Part shown: positions 1 through 8,789 of the stretch, piece after piece
How the letters are laid out: every line of letters begins with the position of its first letter
How positions within the stretch are numbered: position 1 is the stretch's first letter
Origin: a virus
Strand: one strand, 5' to 3'
IMG/VR virus record: IMGVR_UViG_3300032242_002636
Span: 43,455-107,454 of that record
Length of the DNA stretch: 64,000 nt
The notes under the pieces: generated by a model
What the model was told of the DNA's origin: nothing
The model's database searches: none
What the model saw: the letters and a program-made list of their open reading frames with translations, nothing else
Translations under genes and position numbers: made by a program

Positions 1-1
1 T

Positions 2-1897
2 ACTGATAGATGTTTTGCAGCCATACAAAACTCTTGGAAATCATTAGTTAAAATTTTTCAAGGTAATGTTTTTATAAAAGGACATGGTAATGTTAGTATA
101 AATGCTGGACATGATGTTCATGTAACTGCTCAAAATAAACAAGAAACTACATATGGTTCCAATAATACATATAATAGAGGTGGTGGAAATACTGTAAAGG
201 GTGAATTAAGCAAAGAACATAGTAAACAAGTAGACGAATATACACAACACTTAGAATCCATTGATAAAGCAAAAATGGATGCAATGAAAGCAACAAAAGC
301 AGAAAAAGTTGTATGCGCTAATTGTAATCAAGTTCACTTGGTGGATGATAAAAGTGATAATTGGAGTATTATTTTAGATGAAGTAAGAAAAAAGATAGAT
401 GGGATGCCGTATCTACAAGGTCCTTTTTCTGTTTTAAGATGGTTGGTTCAAAAGGTTTATGTAGCATTACATGGCACTAAAAGTAATATAGATCTTAATA
501 TGGGAAAAGGGTGCGGACCCGGATGTGATGCTGGACTTAGAGACGGATTATCTTTAAAATTTCAAGCTGGTGAGGAGGCTGCTAAGAAAGAAATGGAAAG
601 ATTGTCCGAAACAATGAATAAACTTACAGCAAATATGCCTAGTAATTCTTCTGGTGCAGAAGTACATGCACTAGGATATGCTTTTGTATTTGGACAACCA
701 TCTGTTCCTAAAAATGTTCCATATCAGAATCATGGTGATTATCATCAATTAGCAATGAATCTTAGAGTTTCTGATGCTCTTAGAAATAAATTAAGAGTAA
801 CAACAGAAGGAAATTGCAAAAGAATAGTTTATCACCCACCCGAAAGTTCACCTTTTGGTAATTTATTAATTAATATACAAAATAATTTTAAAATTACATC
901 AGGTAATAATGGTATGGATTTTATTTCTACTGGAGAAATTGCAATAAAAGGAGGTTCTGTTCATATTAATGGAAGTCAGGGAGAAGTTTCTTTAACCTCT
1001 GGAAATCTTACTACTATTGGTGGTGCAAACGTTTTAATATCTGCTGATAATAAATCAGGAGAATCGGGTGTCCATATAGATTCTAAACGCACTTATATAG
1101 GAGGTTCATTTAACGTAAACGGAGATTCTGCAATGTTAGGTTCATTAAGAGTCGATGGTGCTTTATCTGTAGATTATATTAATTGTCCTACTATGGCTGC
1201 GCCATCAACTATAAATGGTAATGATAATTTTGTAACTCATCATTCAAATTGGCAATATGTAGCAGGTGGTCTAAATGGTGCTAATCTTGCTTTAAAATTG
1301 GGAACAAAATTTGCATTACAACCTTGGATGTTAATGTTACCAACTGGTATATTAGAATTGTTTTTAGAACATTACAACATTGCAATGATGTCTCTTCCTA
1401 TAGAAATTCTTCCTACTGGTGTATTTTGGGGCTATAGTTGGGGAGTAGGAGTAGGAACCTGTGCTGGTTGGATTTGGAATTATCCACACAATCATACAAG
1501 AACACCTGAAGAACATGGACATGAAACACCAGTTCCTAATGGAGGATATTGGAGAAAATCATCTGGAGCAGGACAAGCAAATACTGCTGGTAATCCTGCA
1601 CCTACTCCTATACCAACAAGCGGTACATATCCAAAACCCGGACCTAGAACGTGGGGAGGTGGTTGTGGTGGTGGTGGTTTATATTCTAAGGTTCGTAATC
1701 AAAAATACGGAATCAATAGTGATGATGCATTTAACGGAGGAAATTATGTAACAACTACTGTAGTTAGAAATGCGGATGGTTCTATATACCCAACACCTGA
1801 TTTAACTTATAGATATGTTAAAGACAATGGTTCTAATGCCACTGTAGATACTAATACAGGTACTGTATCATATCCTCTCACAGGTATTAACTGTTAA
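2..1897 (+). CDS. gp5/VgrG-like baseplate central spike protein, C-terminal part (5'-truncated by window)
   Basis: The frame of ORF 275..1897 is open back to base 2 (TDRCFAAIQ...GNVFIKGHGNVSINAGHDVHVTA). It has Gly/Val/Ile beta-helix-like repeats (GEIAIKGGSVHING, GGSFNVNGD) and HxH motifs near the C-terminus. Confidence 0.55.
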   Translation, partial: TDRCFAAIQNSWKSLVKIFQGNVFIKGHGNVSINAGHDVHVTAQNKQETTYGSNNTYNRGGGNTVKGELSKEHSKQVDEYTQHLESIDKAKMDAMKATKAEKVVCANCNQVHLVDDKSDNWSIILDEVRKKIDGMPYLQGPFSVLRWLVQKVYVALHGTKSNIDLNMGKGCGPGCDAGLRDGLSLKFQAGEEAAKKEMERLSETMNKLTANMPSNSSGAEVHALGYAFVFGQPSVPKNVPYQNHGDYHQLAMNLRVSDALRNKLRVTTEGNCKRIVYHPPESSPFGNLLINIQNNFKITSGNNGMDFISTGEIAIKGGSVHINGSQGEVSLTSGNLTTIGGANVLISADNKSGESGVHIDSKRTYIGGSFNVNGDSAMLGSLRVDGALSVDYINCPTMAAPSTINGNDNFVTHHSNWQYVAGGLNGANLALKLGTKFALQPWMLMLPTGILELFLEHYNIAMMSLPIEILPTGVFWGYSWGVGVGTCAGWIWNYPHNHTRTPEEHGHETPVPNGGYWRKSSGAGQANTAGNPAPTPIPTSGTYPKPGPRTWGGGCGGGGLYSKVRNQKYGINSDDAFNGGNYVTTTVVRNADGSIYPTPDLTYRYVKDNGSNATVDTNTGTVSYPLTGINC

Positions 1898-2622
1898 GAA
1901 GATTGATTGAAAATCATAGGAGTACTTTTTAATAAAGCTAAAAAGTCTTTAGGCTCATCAGTAGTATCTATGATATTATTATCGTTTACATCACTTTCTG
2001 TTAAAGGAATTTGTAAAGAAGATGAAATATAATTCTTTTGATCATAGAAATATTTAAAATATACATTAGAACTATTTGCTTTTTTTAACTTTATTACAAA
2101 TTGATTAACAAAAAGCATATCATATAAAATAGCAGTCCATCCATTGTTTAAATAATTAACATTTAAAAAATTAACAAAAGCATCTGCTTCTGCTATTAAT
2201 GCATTATTGAAAGATGTTTTAGTAAATTCTTCAACTTCTTTAGGTTTAATAACTTCAATATTAACTCCGGGTTTACAATTAACAGAAGCCTTTACAATAG
2301 GATTTCCATCACTATCACATATATAGTTATTAATAATTTGACAACCTCCTGCATCTACTACTTCTTGATATGCTAATTGACGAGGAAGAAATGTATCAAA
2401 CATAGCTTTTGTTGCTACATTTAAAGGATATCTAGGATCTCCTGATCCTTTAAAATTATCAGGATCAAATGGATATGTTGGAATATCTATAGGATTATTT
2501 CTAACCCATCCATCCCATGAATCATTTCCTGCTGCATTTGCCATATCAGATACAAATTGTTTGGCATTAAATTTAAGAGGATCTGCTGTAGCAGAGGGCC
2601 AACTTGTTGATAAATTATTCAT
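1894..2622 (-). CDS. hypothetical protein
   Basis: 242 aa ORF, last of a tightly packed minus-strand run; no motif recognised. Confidence 0.75.
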   Translation of the reverse strand: MNNLSTSWPSATADPLKFNAKQFVSDMANAAGNDSWDGWVRNNPIDIPTYPFDPDNFKGSGDPRYPLNVATKAMFDTFLPRQLAYQEVVDAGGCQIINNYICDSDGNPIVKASVNCKPGVNIEVIKPKEVEEFTKTSFNNALIAEADAFVNFLNVNYLNNGWTAILYDMLFVNQFVIKLKKANSSNVYFKYFYDQKNYISSSLQIPLTESDVNDNNIIDTTDEPKDFLALLKSTPMIFNQSS

Positions 2623-2626
2623 ATAA

Positions 2627-3031
2627 TTAATTATCCTCCTCGTCTATATCTAGGAAGTTTTCATGCTGCTGCTTAAGGAATATTGTCTTAAGAAATTCCA
2701 TCATAGCATCACGATCTTTGGCATTTTTAAAGTGCTGAATTATGGTTCTATCTCCTTGTGTACTATATCCAAAAAGAATATAAGCATCCAGATATTCAGT
2801 TATAATTGACTTCAGAATATTTAAATCCCTCATGACAATCTTATTGTCTTGATAATTTTTCTTAAGCCAAATATCTAAAGCCTTTTCTAGCTCTAGGTTA
2901 TTAAGAGAAGAAAATACCTTTTCCCTAATCTCCCCTAAAGAAGGTTCTTCTATAGGAGCTTGTAATCCTGTGGAGGATAGAGAAGGGACAGAAGTATTTT
3001 TCTTTATTGTTCTTTTTTTAGGCTCCGACAT
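2627..3031 (-). CDS. hypothetical protein (start revised to MSEPKK at 3031)
   Basis: The ORF-track start at 3169 overlaps the upstream gene by about 150 nt; the ATG at 3031 overlaps it by only 14 nt. Confidence 0.7.
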   Translation of the reverse strand: MSEPKKRTIKKNTSVPSLSSTGLQAPIEEPSLGEIREKVFSSLNNLELEKALDIWLKKNYQDNKIVMRDLNILKSIITEYLDAYILFGYSTQGDRTIIQHFKNAKDRDAMMEFLKTIFLKQQHENFLDIDEEDN

Positions 3032-3341
3032 AAGTTGAGGCTTTGTTATTAATGCCAAACTTAACAAGGTATTCAATAACAACCTCAATGGAGCTAGTCT
3101 TGATCTTAAAACGATCTGGAATGAACTGTCCTCCGTCATGCAGTTCGAAGTATTCCTCACCCATTTCATTATGATTATTATAACAAGTGATGATTACCGA
3201 TGCTACATTAGGATCTACTACTACAGTCCAACTACGAGGATCTGTATAAGCATATTCACCGAATAGTTTATCTACTACATAACCGCTGTCACGAAGACGC
3301 TTAATAAAGTAGCTGCATGTTGTTATTTTATTCTTTGACAT
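3018..3341 (-). CDS. hypothetical protein
   Basis: 107 aa globular-looking ORF with TAAATA 8 nt upstream. Confidence 0.75.
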   Translation of the reverse strand: MSKNKITTCSYFIKRLRDSGYVVDKLFGEYAYTDPRSWTVVVDPNVASVIITCYNNHNEMGEEYFELHDGGQFIPDRFKIKTSSIEVVIEYLVKFGINNKASTYVGA

Positions 3342-3349
3342 ATCGTTTT

Positions 3350-3355
3350 TATTTA
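3350..3355 (-). promoter_or_regulatory. candidate late promoter TAAATA
   Basis: TAAATA in a 25-nt intergenic gap, 8 nt before ATG 3341. Confidence 0.45.
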
Positions 3356-3366
3356 TTGAAATGTTT

Positions 3367-4119
3367 TTATTTTACAAGTGCAGAAACAATATACTTTAAT
3401 TCAACATCACTATCATCTTTATTCTGAAATACAAATACTTTATACTGATTATTGATCTTTACCTTTACATCATTGCGACATGTAGCAAGATTCTTGAATA
3501 CTTCAGTATTAATAGGAAGTGCTTCAGGAATTGGTTGACCATCAAATTCTTCAGATATTTTTAAAGTAATATTATCAACATTCTGTAGTGTATGATCATT
3601 AATTTCAGCACATATTCTTCCTTCACTGGTATAGAAATAAATCTTAGTAAGATCGGATGCAAATGCATATCCAGCCATGATTTGTTTGAGTTTTGCAGTT
3701 GTTATAGAAAATTCTGTATCAAAGTTTAATTGTGCAATTTTACTGATATTAACAGGACATTCCCTAACAACAGTATCATCAACAAGATGATATTTAAAAT
3801 GAGTATTTTCATTATCAGGAGCTTTATTAAGACACTTGATGTTATTATGATTTAATTCTATAGAAAATTCACCATTGTCACCCAAGCATTCAAGACCAGA
3901 TAAAAGCTTCTTGATACTAATAATGTTCAGTCTGATAGGCTTTTCAATCTTAAGAGGAAGTTTAATCCTAGCATATAAGATTACTGTATTATCAGGTGAT
4001 GAACAGATAGTATAAAGACCTTCTGTATCAGTCTTTAATACACAACTCTCTGAGAGTCTGTTTACAGGCTTCAAAAGCTTTTCTAAAAAAACCTTTGGGA
4101 TAGGGATTAATTCACTCAT
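3367..4119 (-). CDS. 45: DNA polymerase sliding clamp (gp45/PCNA-like)
   Basis: 250 aa with a two-domain clamp-like pattern (N-terminal helix, 'SPDNTVILYARI', C-terminal 'LKYIVSAL'), in a replication gene context. Confidence 0.7.
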   Translation of the reverse strand: MSELIPIPKVFLEKLLKPVNRLSESCVLKTDTEGLYTICSSPDNTVILYARIKLPLKIEKPIRLNIISIKKLLSGLECLGDNGEFSIELNHNNIKCLNKAPDNENTHFKYHLVDDTVVRECPVNISKIAQLNFDTEFSITTAKLKQIMAGYAFASDLTKIYFYTSEGRICAEINDHTLQNVDNITLKISEEFDGQPIPEALPINTEVFKNLATCRNDVKVKINNQYKVFVFQNKDDSDVELKYIVSALVK

Positions 4120-4573
4120 ATTTGGTTAGTTTGCTATTTTGAAGTAATTTTAGCATACCAGCCAATGTTTTGTCGATATTTTTTAGAGAATTTCTGATAC
4201 TATCCACATCACTGCGACTAATCAATACCTCTCCACTATCCTTTCTAATCTTTAAAGGAGCCTGTGGGTGCGCTACAGACGCAGGGAGAGGCGTTCCTAC
4301 TAATGGAGCATGAGCATTGATGGGTTCTGGAATCGACTGCAAAGCCAATTCATTAACACCTTCATAAGCTTTTCTCACATCAGCAGGAACTTCTGCCTCA
4401 AAAGAAGTTTTTTGAATCTGCTGTCCAACAAGAGGAGCAACAAAATTCTGCATATTGATTTTGTTTGCACTATTATTAGAACGCTCGACAGTTAATGAAT
4501 CCACACCGCTTAAGTGTGAACCAACCATTCTGGCAAGCATTGCTGCTTCAATAACTTCTTCTCTATTCTGCAT
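4112..4573 (-). CDS. hypothetical protein
   Basis: 153 aa, coupled between genes 32 and 45; Pro-rich linker and C-terminal coiled coil. Confidence 0.75.
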   Translation of the reverse strand: MQNREEVIEAAMLARMVGSHLSGVDSLTVERSNNSANKINMQNFVAPLVGQQIQKTSFEAEVPADVRKAYEGVNELALQSIPEPINAHAPLVGTPLPASVAHPQAPLKIRKDSGEVLISRSDVDSIRNSLKNIDKTLAGMLKLLQNSKLTKYE

Positions 4574-4574
4574 T

Positions 4575-5435
4575 TTAGAGATCCTTCAGGATATCTTGGA
4601 TTCTATCGTCCTGTGCTTGTGCTTCTGTAAGCTCTTCCTTCTCAGAAGAAACAGAAGATGTCTTGTTGACGATGGGAGCAACGTACTCCTCTTCTTCCTT
4701 ATAAGAAGTAGGAACAGAAGTCTCAGAAACTTCCTCACCCAAGAAGTGAACCTTCAGCATCTTGGAGATTTCGTCTCTAGTCTTGTGTTCAAAGACACCA
4801 TCAAGATCCTTTGCAGATGCATAGATCTCTTCGACATTATCAACACCTTCCAGTGCTGAAGGAGACATGAACTTAGAAGCTGTGTAGGTAGGATAACCAC
4901 CTTCATTCGACTCTACCTTAATACGAAGACTGCATCCCTTCTCAGAAAGATCAAAGATCTTGGAACCAAACTCTTCAGCATCATCACCATTTATGGCTTC
5001 AGAAATAATCTTGAAGAGTTGCTTACCAAAGCGAAGAACCTTGGTCTGTCCCTGATTATCGGGATTGGTAGGATCTTTAACAACATAAGCGTTGCAAAGC
5101 CAACTTTCGTTTCTCTTCAGAGGCTTGATGCGCTCAATCTCACCTTCATTCTTGGTGTTATAAATCTTGGAACGATACTCATCAATAGGGCATCCCTCTC
5201 CATATGTATTAGGACAGAGGACAGAAACCAACTGATTAGTGATGACACTCTTCCAGATATGATGGAAATAGTGGAATAGAGTTCTCTCTGGATTCTCAAG
5301 ATTTGGAATCAGACGAACTACATATGTATTTCCGATCTCAAGCTTCATGAAATCACGATAGCCAGCATTATCGGAGGTTGTCTTCTTGTTAAGAGCCTCT
5401 TTAATAGACTCGAATAGGTTGTTTGTATACTTCAT
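4575..5435 (-). CDS. 32: single-stranded DNA-binding protein (gp32-like)
   Basis: VRLIP; H...CPNTYGEGCPI Zn site; YVVKDPTNPDNQG; FDLSEKG; GYPTYTASKF; acidic tail ending DILKDL. Confidence 0.92.
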   Translation of the reverse strand: MKYTNNLFESIKEALNKKTTSDNAGYRDFMKLEIGNTYVVRLIPNLENPERTLFHYFHHIWKSVITNQLVSVLCPNTYGEGCPIDEYRSKIYNTKNEGEIERIKPLKRNESWLCNAYVVKDPTNPDNQGQTKVLRFGKQLFKIISEAINGDDAEEFGSKIFDLSEKGCSLRIKVESNEGGYPTYTASKFMSPSALEGVDNVEEIYASAKDLDGVFEHKTRDEISKMLKVHFLGEEVSETSVPTSYKEEEEYVAPIVNKTSSVSSEKEELTEAQAQDDRIQDILKDL

Positions 5436-5478
5436 AATTTAGTTTTGTTTGTTTTTGTTTGTTTTTGTTTTCTATGCT
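5436..5478 (-). promoter_or_regulatory. unstructured A/C-repeat leader of gene 32 (candidate autogenous operator)
   Basis: Minus strand reads AAAACAAAAACAAACAAAAACAAACAAAACTAAATT-ATG. Confidence 0.55.
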
Positions 5479-5484
5479 TCTAAT

Positions 5485-5513
5485 ATAATAGCTCAAACTG
5501 ACGCAGTTTGCAA
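5485..5513 (-). promoter_or_regulatory. sigma70-type promoter for gene 32
   Basis: TTGCAA-N17-TATTAT, with a 7-bp inverted repeat CAAACTG/CAGTTTG (5494-5510) in the spacer. Confidence 0.55.
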
Positions 5514-6149
5514 CTCTTTTTTTAGAAATTCTTTTATTTTCTTAATAGCCTCTTTTACAAGAGTTTTTGTCTTTTCACTAGTATAGTAGCGTGTTTTATA
5601 AGAATCAATTCGATCAAAAAAGTCACCAGACCAGATTATTCTTTCCTCTTCATTCATCATTCTAAATCGATCTAGATTACCAAGACCAATCAAAGCATAA
5701 GGATTTACATTATGCTCTCTATAATGCTGCATCCATGTAGGCATTGATCTGATTTTATGGTTTAAATAGTCATCAAGCTGTATTCTATTTTTTAAACAGA
5801 ACATAGCAATGTAGTGAAAACTCTCTTTGATTTTATCCAATTGCTTTTCAGGAGACTCGTCTTCTCTTTTCTTCATAGCAAGAGAATATGCTCTGATTGC
5901 TGGTCTAGTTATAAAGAATTGGATAGGGGGACAATCTTCGTCTGGATGTAGCTCTCTAGGTGCTCCAAAAAAATCATCAGGAGTTATATGAGGAAACTTT
6001 GAGAAAAATGCATTTAGTTTACGCAGTTGAACTACCAGAGTAGGACTTATGTTTGAGAAGTCCTTTCTAGGTTGATACGGTAGTCCATTACGGAAATACT
6101 TTAAGAAACAATTGTATATGTTCTTTTCTTGCTGTGAAATATTGCTCAA
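5493..6149 (-). CDS. hypothetical protein, possibly gp59-like helicase loader
   Basis: 218 aa, basic and helical, directly upstream of gene 32 like T4 gene 59. The call rests on position and size only. Confidence 0.4.
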   Translation of the reverse strand: MSNISQQEKNIYNCFLKYFRNGLPYQPRKDFSNISPTLVVQLRKLNAFFSKFPHITPDDFFGAPRELHPDEDCPPIQFFITRPAIRAYSLAMKKREDESPEKQLDKIKESFHYIAMFCLKNRIQLDDYLNHKIRSMPTWMQHYREHNVNPYALIGLGNLDRFRMMNEEERIIWSGDFFDRIDSYKTRYYTSEKTKTLVKEAIKKIKEFLKKELQTASV

Positions 6150-6454
6150 GGATTGTCGGAAGTTTTTTTGTTAAGTTTTGATCTGAAAATTTTCTTATAG
6201 ATATTGGGTGTGCTACTAAGATAAGCCTTTATTACGTTTTGTAAATTATTTTCTCCTAAAAGTTCAAAATAAATTTTCTGTGTCTTCTTATCTTCTATCA
6301 GGAACTTTAAGAAGTTCAAGAAATTAAATTTCTTTTTTCTGGATATACAGACAAAAGAACCGAATTTAAGAGTAATATCCTCAAATTCGGATAAATCAAA
6401 TACGTTTGATGGGTTTACGATTTCTTCTACTTGTTGTGTGGATGTGATGATCAT
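6146..6454 (-). CDS. hypothetical protein
   Basis: 102 aa, overlaps both neighbours by 4 nt (translational coupling). Confidence 0.7.
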   Translation of the reverse strand: MIITSTQQVEEIVNPSNVFDLSEFEDITLKFGSFVCISRKKKFNFLNFLKFLIEDKKTQKIYFELLGENNLQNVIKAYLSSTPNIYKKIFRSKLNKKTSDNP

Positions 6455-7338
6455 AGTGGTTTTAAATTCTTTGTTATCTCCATGAATATAGGAGTTATCT
6501 TTCCTGCTGAAGCATTCGGATGTCCTCCTCCTTCACAGACTTTTTCAGCAAAAGCACCACAATCAATAGGATTTTCTTGGGTGCATTGTCTTATGGAAAC
6601 TTTTTCATTCTTTACATTGATAAAGAAAAATAGGTCAGGAGAATACTTTTTAATCAGAATCTCCATAACCTGTGGAACTATACGTTCTACCATAGCCGCA
6701 CAGGTTTTTTTTACCTTTCCACCGATGTTTATCTCACCATAATAGACAGGAATCTTTGATGCTTCATCAGCTGCTTCTTTTTTAATAAAGGCTATGGCTC
6801 TCTTTTGCTTATCGGTAAATGGTTTCCATCCATTATAGTAATCTTTTATGAAATCAGAGAATCTATTCTGATATTCACTCCAGAATAAAATATTCAGATC
6901 ATATGAATAAGGAATCTGTAACTTATAAGAATCAAAGTCATCAATGATGGCAACAAGTGTTTTCTGTGCTTCTGTTGCTGTGATGGTTTCTTTGAATAAT
7001 TTATAGGTTAAAAGTGTATTTGATGAATATTCCTTGTATAAGATTTTAGCCTTTTTAAACTTTTCTACAAAGGTTTCAGAAGATTTATGATGGTCTATGA
7101 ATGTTATATGTGACTGATCAAGTTCAGGTAGAAATTCTTCCCTTAAACCCAAATCTAACACAAAAGTCTCTGATGGATTATGAGTATTTGTAATCTCCCT
7201 TTTCAGTTTTGGGATCTCCATATTAGAAATAGGAGTATACTGAAATGAGTCTTCCTGTGGTTTGCTCCACATATAAGCCAGAATACTTCCTGCTCCGTCT
7301 AGATCATTGTGAGAGAATAAATGGTGACATTTTGCCAT
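6451..7338 (-). CDS. DHH/DHHA1 family phosphoesterase
   Basis: Motifs SHNDLDG, VLDL, FIDHH and GGGHPNASAG. Confidence 0.9.
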   Translation of the reverse strand: MAKCHHLFSHNDLDGAGSILAYMWSKPQEDSFQYTPISNMEIPKLKREITNTHNPSETFVLDLGLREEFLPELDQSHITFIDHHKSSETFVEKFKKAKILYKEYSSNTLLTYKLFKETITATEAQKTLVAIIDDFDSYKLQIPYSYDLNILFWSEYQNRFSDFIKDYYNGWKPFTDKQKRAIAFIKKEAADEASKIPVYYGEINIGGKVKKTCAAMVERIVPQVMEILIKKYSPDLFFFINVKNEKVSIRQCTQENPIDCGAFAEKVCEGGGHPNASAGKITPIFMEITKNLKPL

Positions 7339-7347
7339 ATGGTGTAC

Positions 7348-7353
7348 TATTTA
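7348..7353 (-). promoter_or_regulatory. candidate late promoter TAAATA
   Basis: In a 26-nt intergenic gap, 9 nt before ATG 7338. Confidence 0.45.
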
Positions 7354-7364
7354 CAGAGATACTA

Positions 7365-8747
7365 TTAATTGTCATCTGTACTATCTAAATTTTCAATTGC
7401 ATTAAGAGTATCTGCTATACTATTACTTTTACCATTTTTGAACTTATCGGACACAAACATCAAAGATACGTTATCAGGATCTTTGATACTGAGAGTGGGA
7501 TAATCAATCTCCAAAACAGTGTTACAATCTTTTCTACCGAATCGGTTCTTCGTGATACCAAGATGGATTATACCAGCATCAAAATCACCATCTTCAGACC
7601 AAATAGAGAATTGAGCATCAGCAGTATGAGCAAGACCCATAGATTCACTCATCGTTTCTAGACCCGGATTTGCTTCTCCATAAGCACTTCTGTTGGTTTG
7701 AGTGGCACTAATCACAGGACACTCAAAATGATATGACATGGCTCTTACATGCTCCGTAACAGCCTTAACAGACTCATATGAATTCTTACCTTTCTCAGGT
7801 GGAGCAATAAGATTTAGATAGTCGATAACAATTACATCTGGCTTGATTCCCTTTCTTACCAATTTGTCTATATATGCCTTAATATGAGCAGGAGTTACTG
7901 TCTGTGGAGGAAATTCCTTAACAATAAGCTTTGCTTCACTATGCTTTGCTTTATAGGAATTTACTTGCTTCTTAAGTGGTTCAATATTAAAAGGCAATTC
8001 CTTCTGTGCAATGTTAGAAAACAAGGAACTCATTCGCTTTGAGTAAACTTGTTCTGACATTTCCAAAGAGATCAAAACTACTGTTTTATTTTGATTAAGA
8101 ATATTAGCAGCTATGTTACCCAAAAAGATAGATTTTCCTGAATTTGTCGTTCCATAGAATACATATAATGCCCTTCCATCAGAAAGGAATCCACCACCAA
8201 TATGATCATCAAGCCATTTCCAACCAGTAGAAAGTGTTTTGGTAATCTTTAAGAGTTCTTTACAATGCTCATCAATATTCTCAAAGTAATCAAATCCGAT
8301 ATTATCAATAAGAGAAATTCCACATGCCTTTTCAAAATCTTCAAGAATCTGAGTCGTATTGATAGTTCCAGATTGGACATCGACCGATGTTTTTAGAACA
8401 GTATTATAAACTGCTTTCTCTTTCAAGAATCTTTCTGTATTCTTGAGAAGAACATCTCTGTCATAAGTTTTGTCAATATCAGCAAAACTAAGAGCAACAT
8501 TTCTAAGTGCCAGTTTTCTTTCAGGTTCTACTAAATGTGCTTTAAGTTCTGTGATATTTGGTACTTTTCCATGAGCATAAAAATATTGATGAAGAGTCTC
8601 AAATACAATTCTAATGTCTTTGTTTTTAAAGTATGAAGGTTTTGCATACTCTATAATACTTTCTAGATAGATAGAATCAAAAATAGCATTATAGATCATC
8701 ATCCTCTCAAAGAGGTCGAAGTCTAAAGGGAGAGTATTTTTTACCAT
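7365..8747 (-). CDS. 41: replicative DnaB-like helicase (gp41)
   Basis: Walker A GTTNSGKS; ISLEMSE; IVKEFPP; VIDYLNL; SATQTNR; SESMGLAHTAD; KNRFG. Confidence 0.95.
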   Translation of the reverse strand: MVKNTLPLDFDLFERMMIYNAIFDSIYLESIIEYAKPSYFKNKDIRIVFETLHQYFYAHGKVPNITELKAHLVEPERKLALRNVALSFADIDKTYDRDVLLKNTERFLKEKAVYNTVLKTSVDVQSGTINTTQILEDFEKACGISLIDNIGFDYFENIDEHCKELLKITKTLSTGWKWLDDHIGGGFLSDGRALYVFYGTTNSGKSIFLGNIAANILNQNKTVVLISLEMSEQVYSKRMSSLFSNIAQKELPFNIEPLKKQVNSYKAKHSEAKLIVKEFPPQTVTPAHIKAYIDKLVRKGIKPDVIVIDYLNLIAPPEKGKNSYESVKAVTEHVRAMSYHFECPVISATQTNRSAYGEANPGLETMSESMGLAHTADAQFSIWSEDGDFDAGIIHLGITKNRFGRKDCNTVLEIDYPTLSIKDPDNVSLMFVSDKFKNGKSNSIADTLNAIENLDSTDDN

Positions 8748-8755
8748 ATCAGCAT

Positions 8756-8784
8756 ATTATAGATTGCTTTGATGATATTAACAA
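8756..8784 (-). promoter_or_regulatory. sigma70-type promoter for gene 41
   Basis: TTGTTA-N17-TATAAT, 8 nt before ATG. Confidence 0.5.
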
Positions 8785-8789
8785 CGCTT

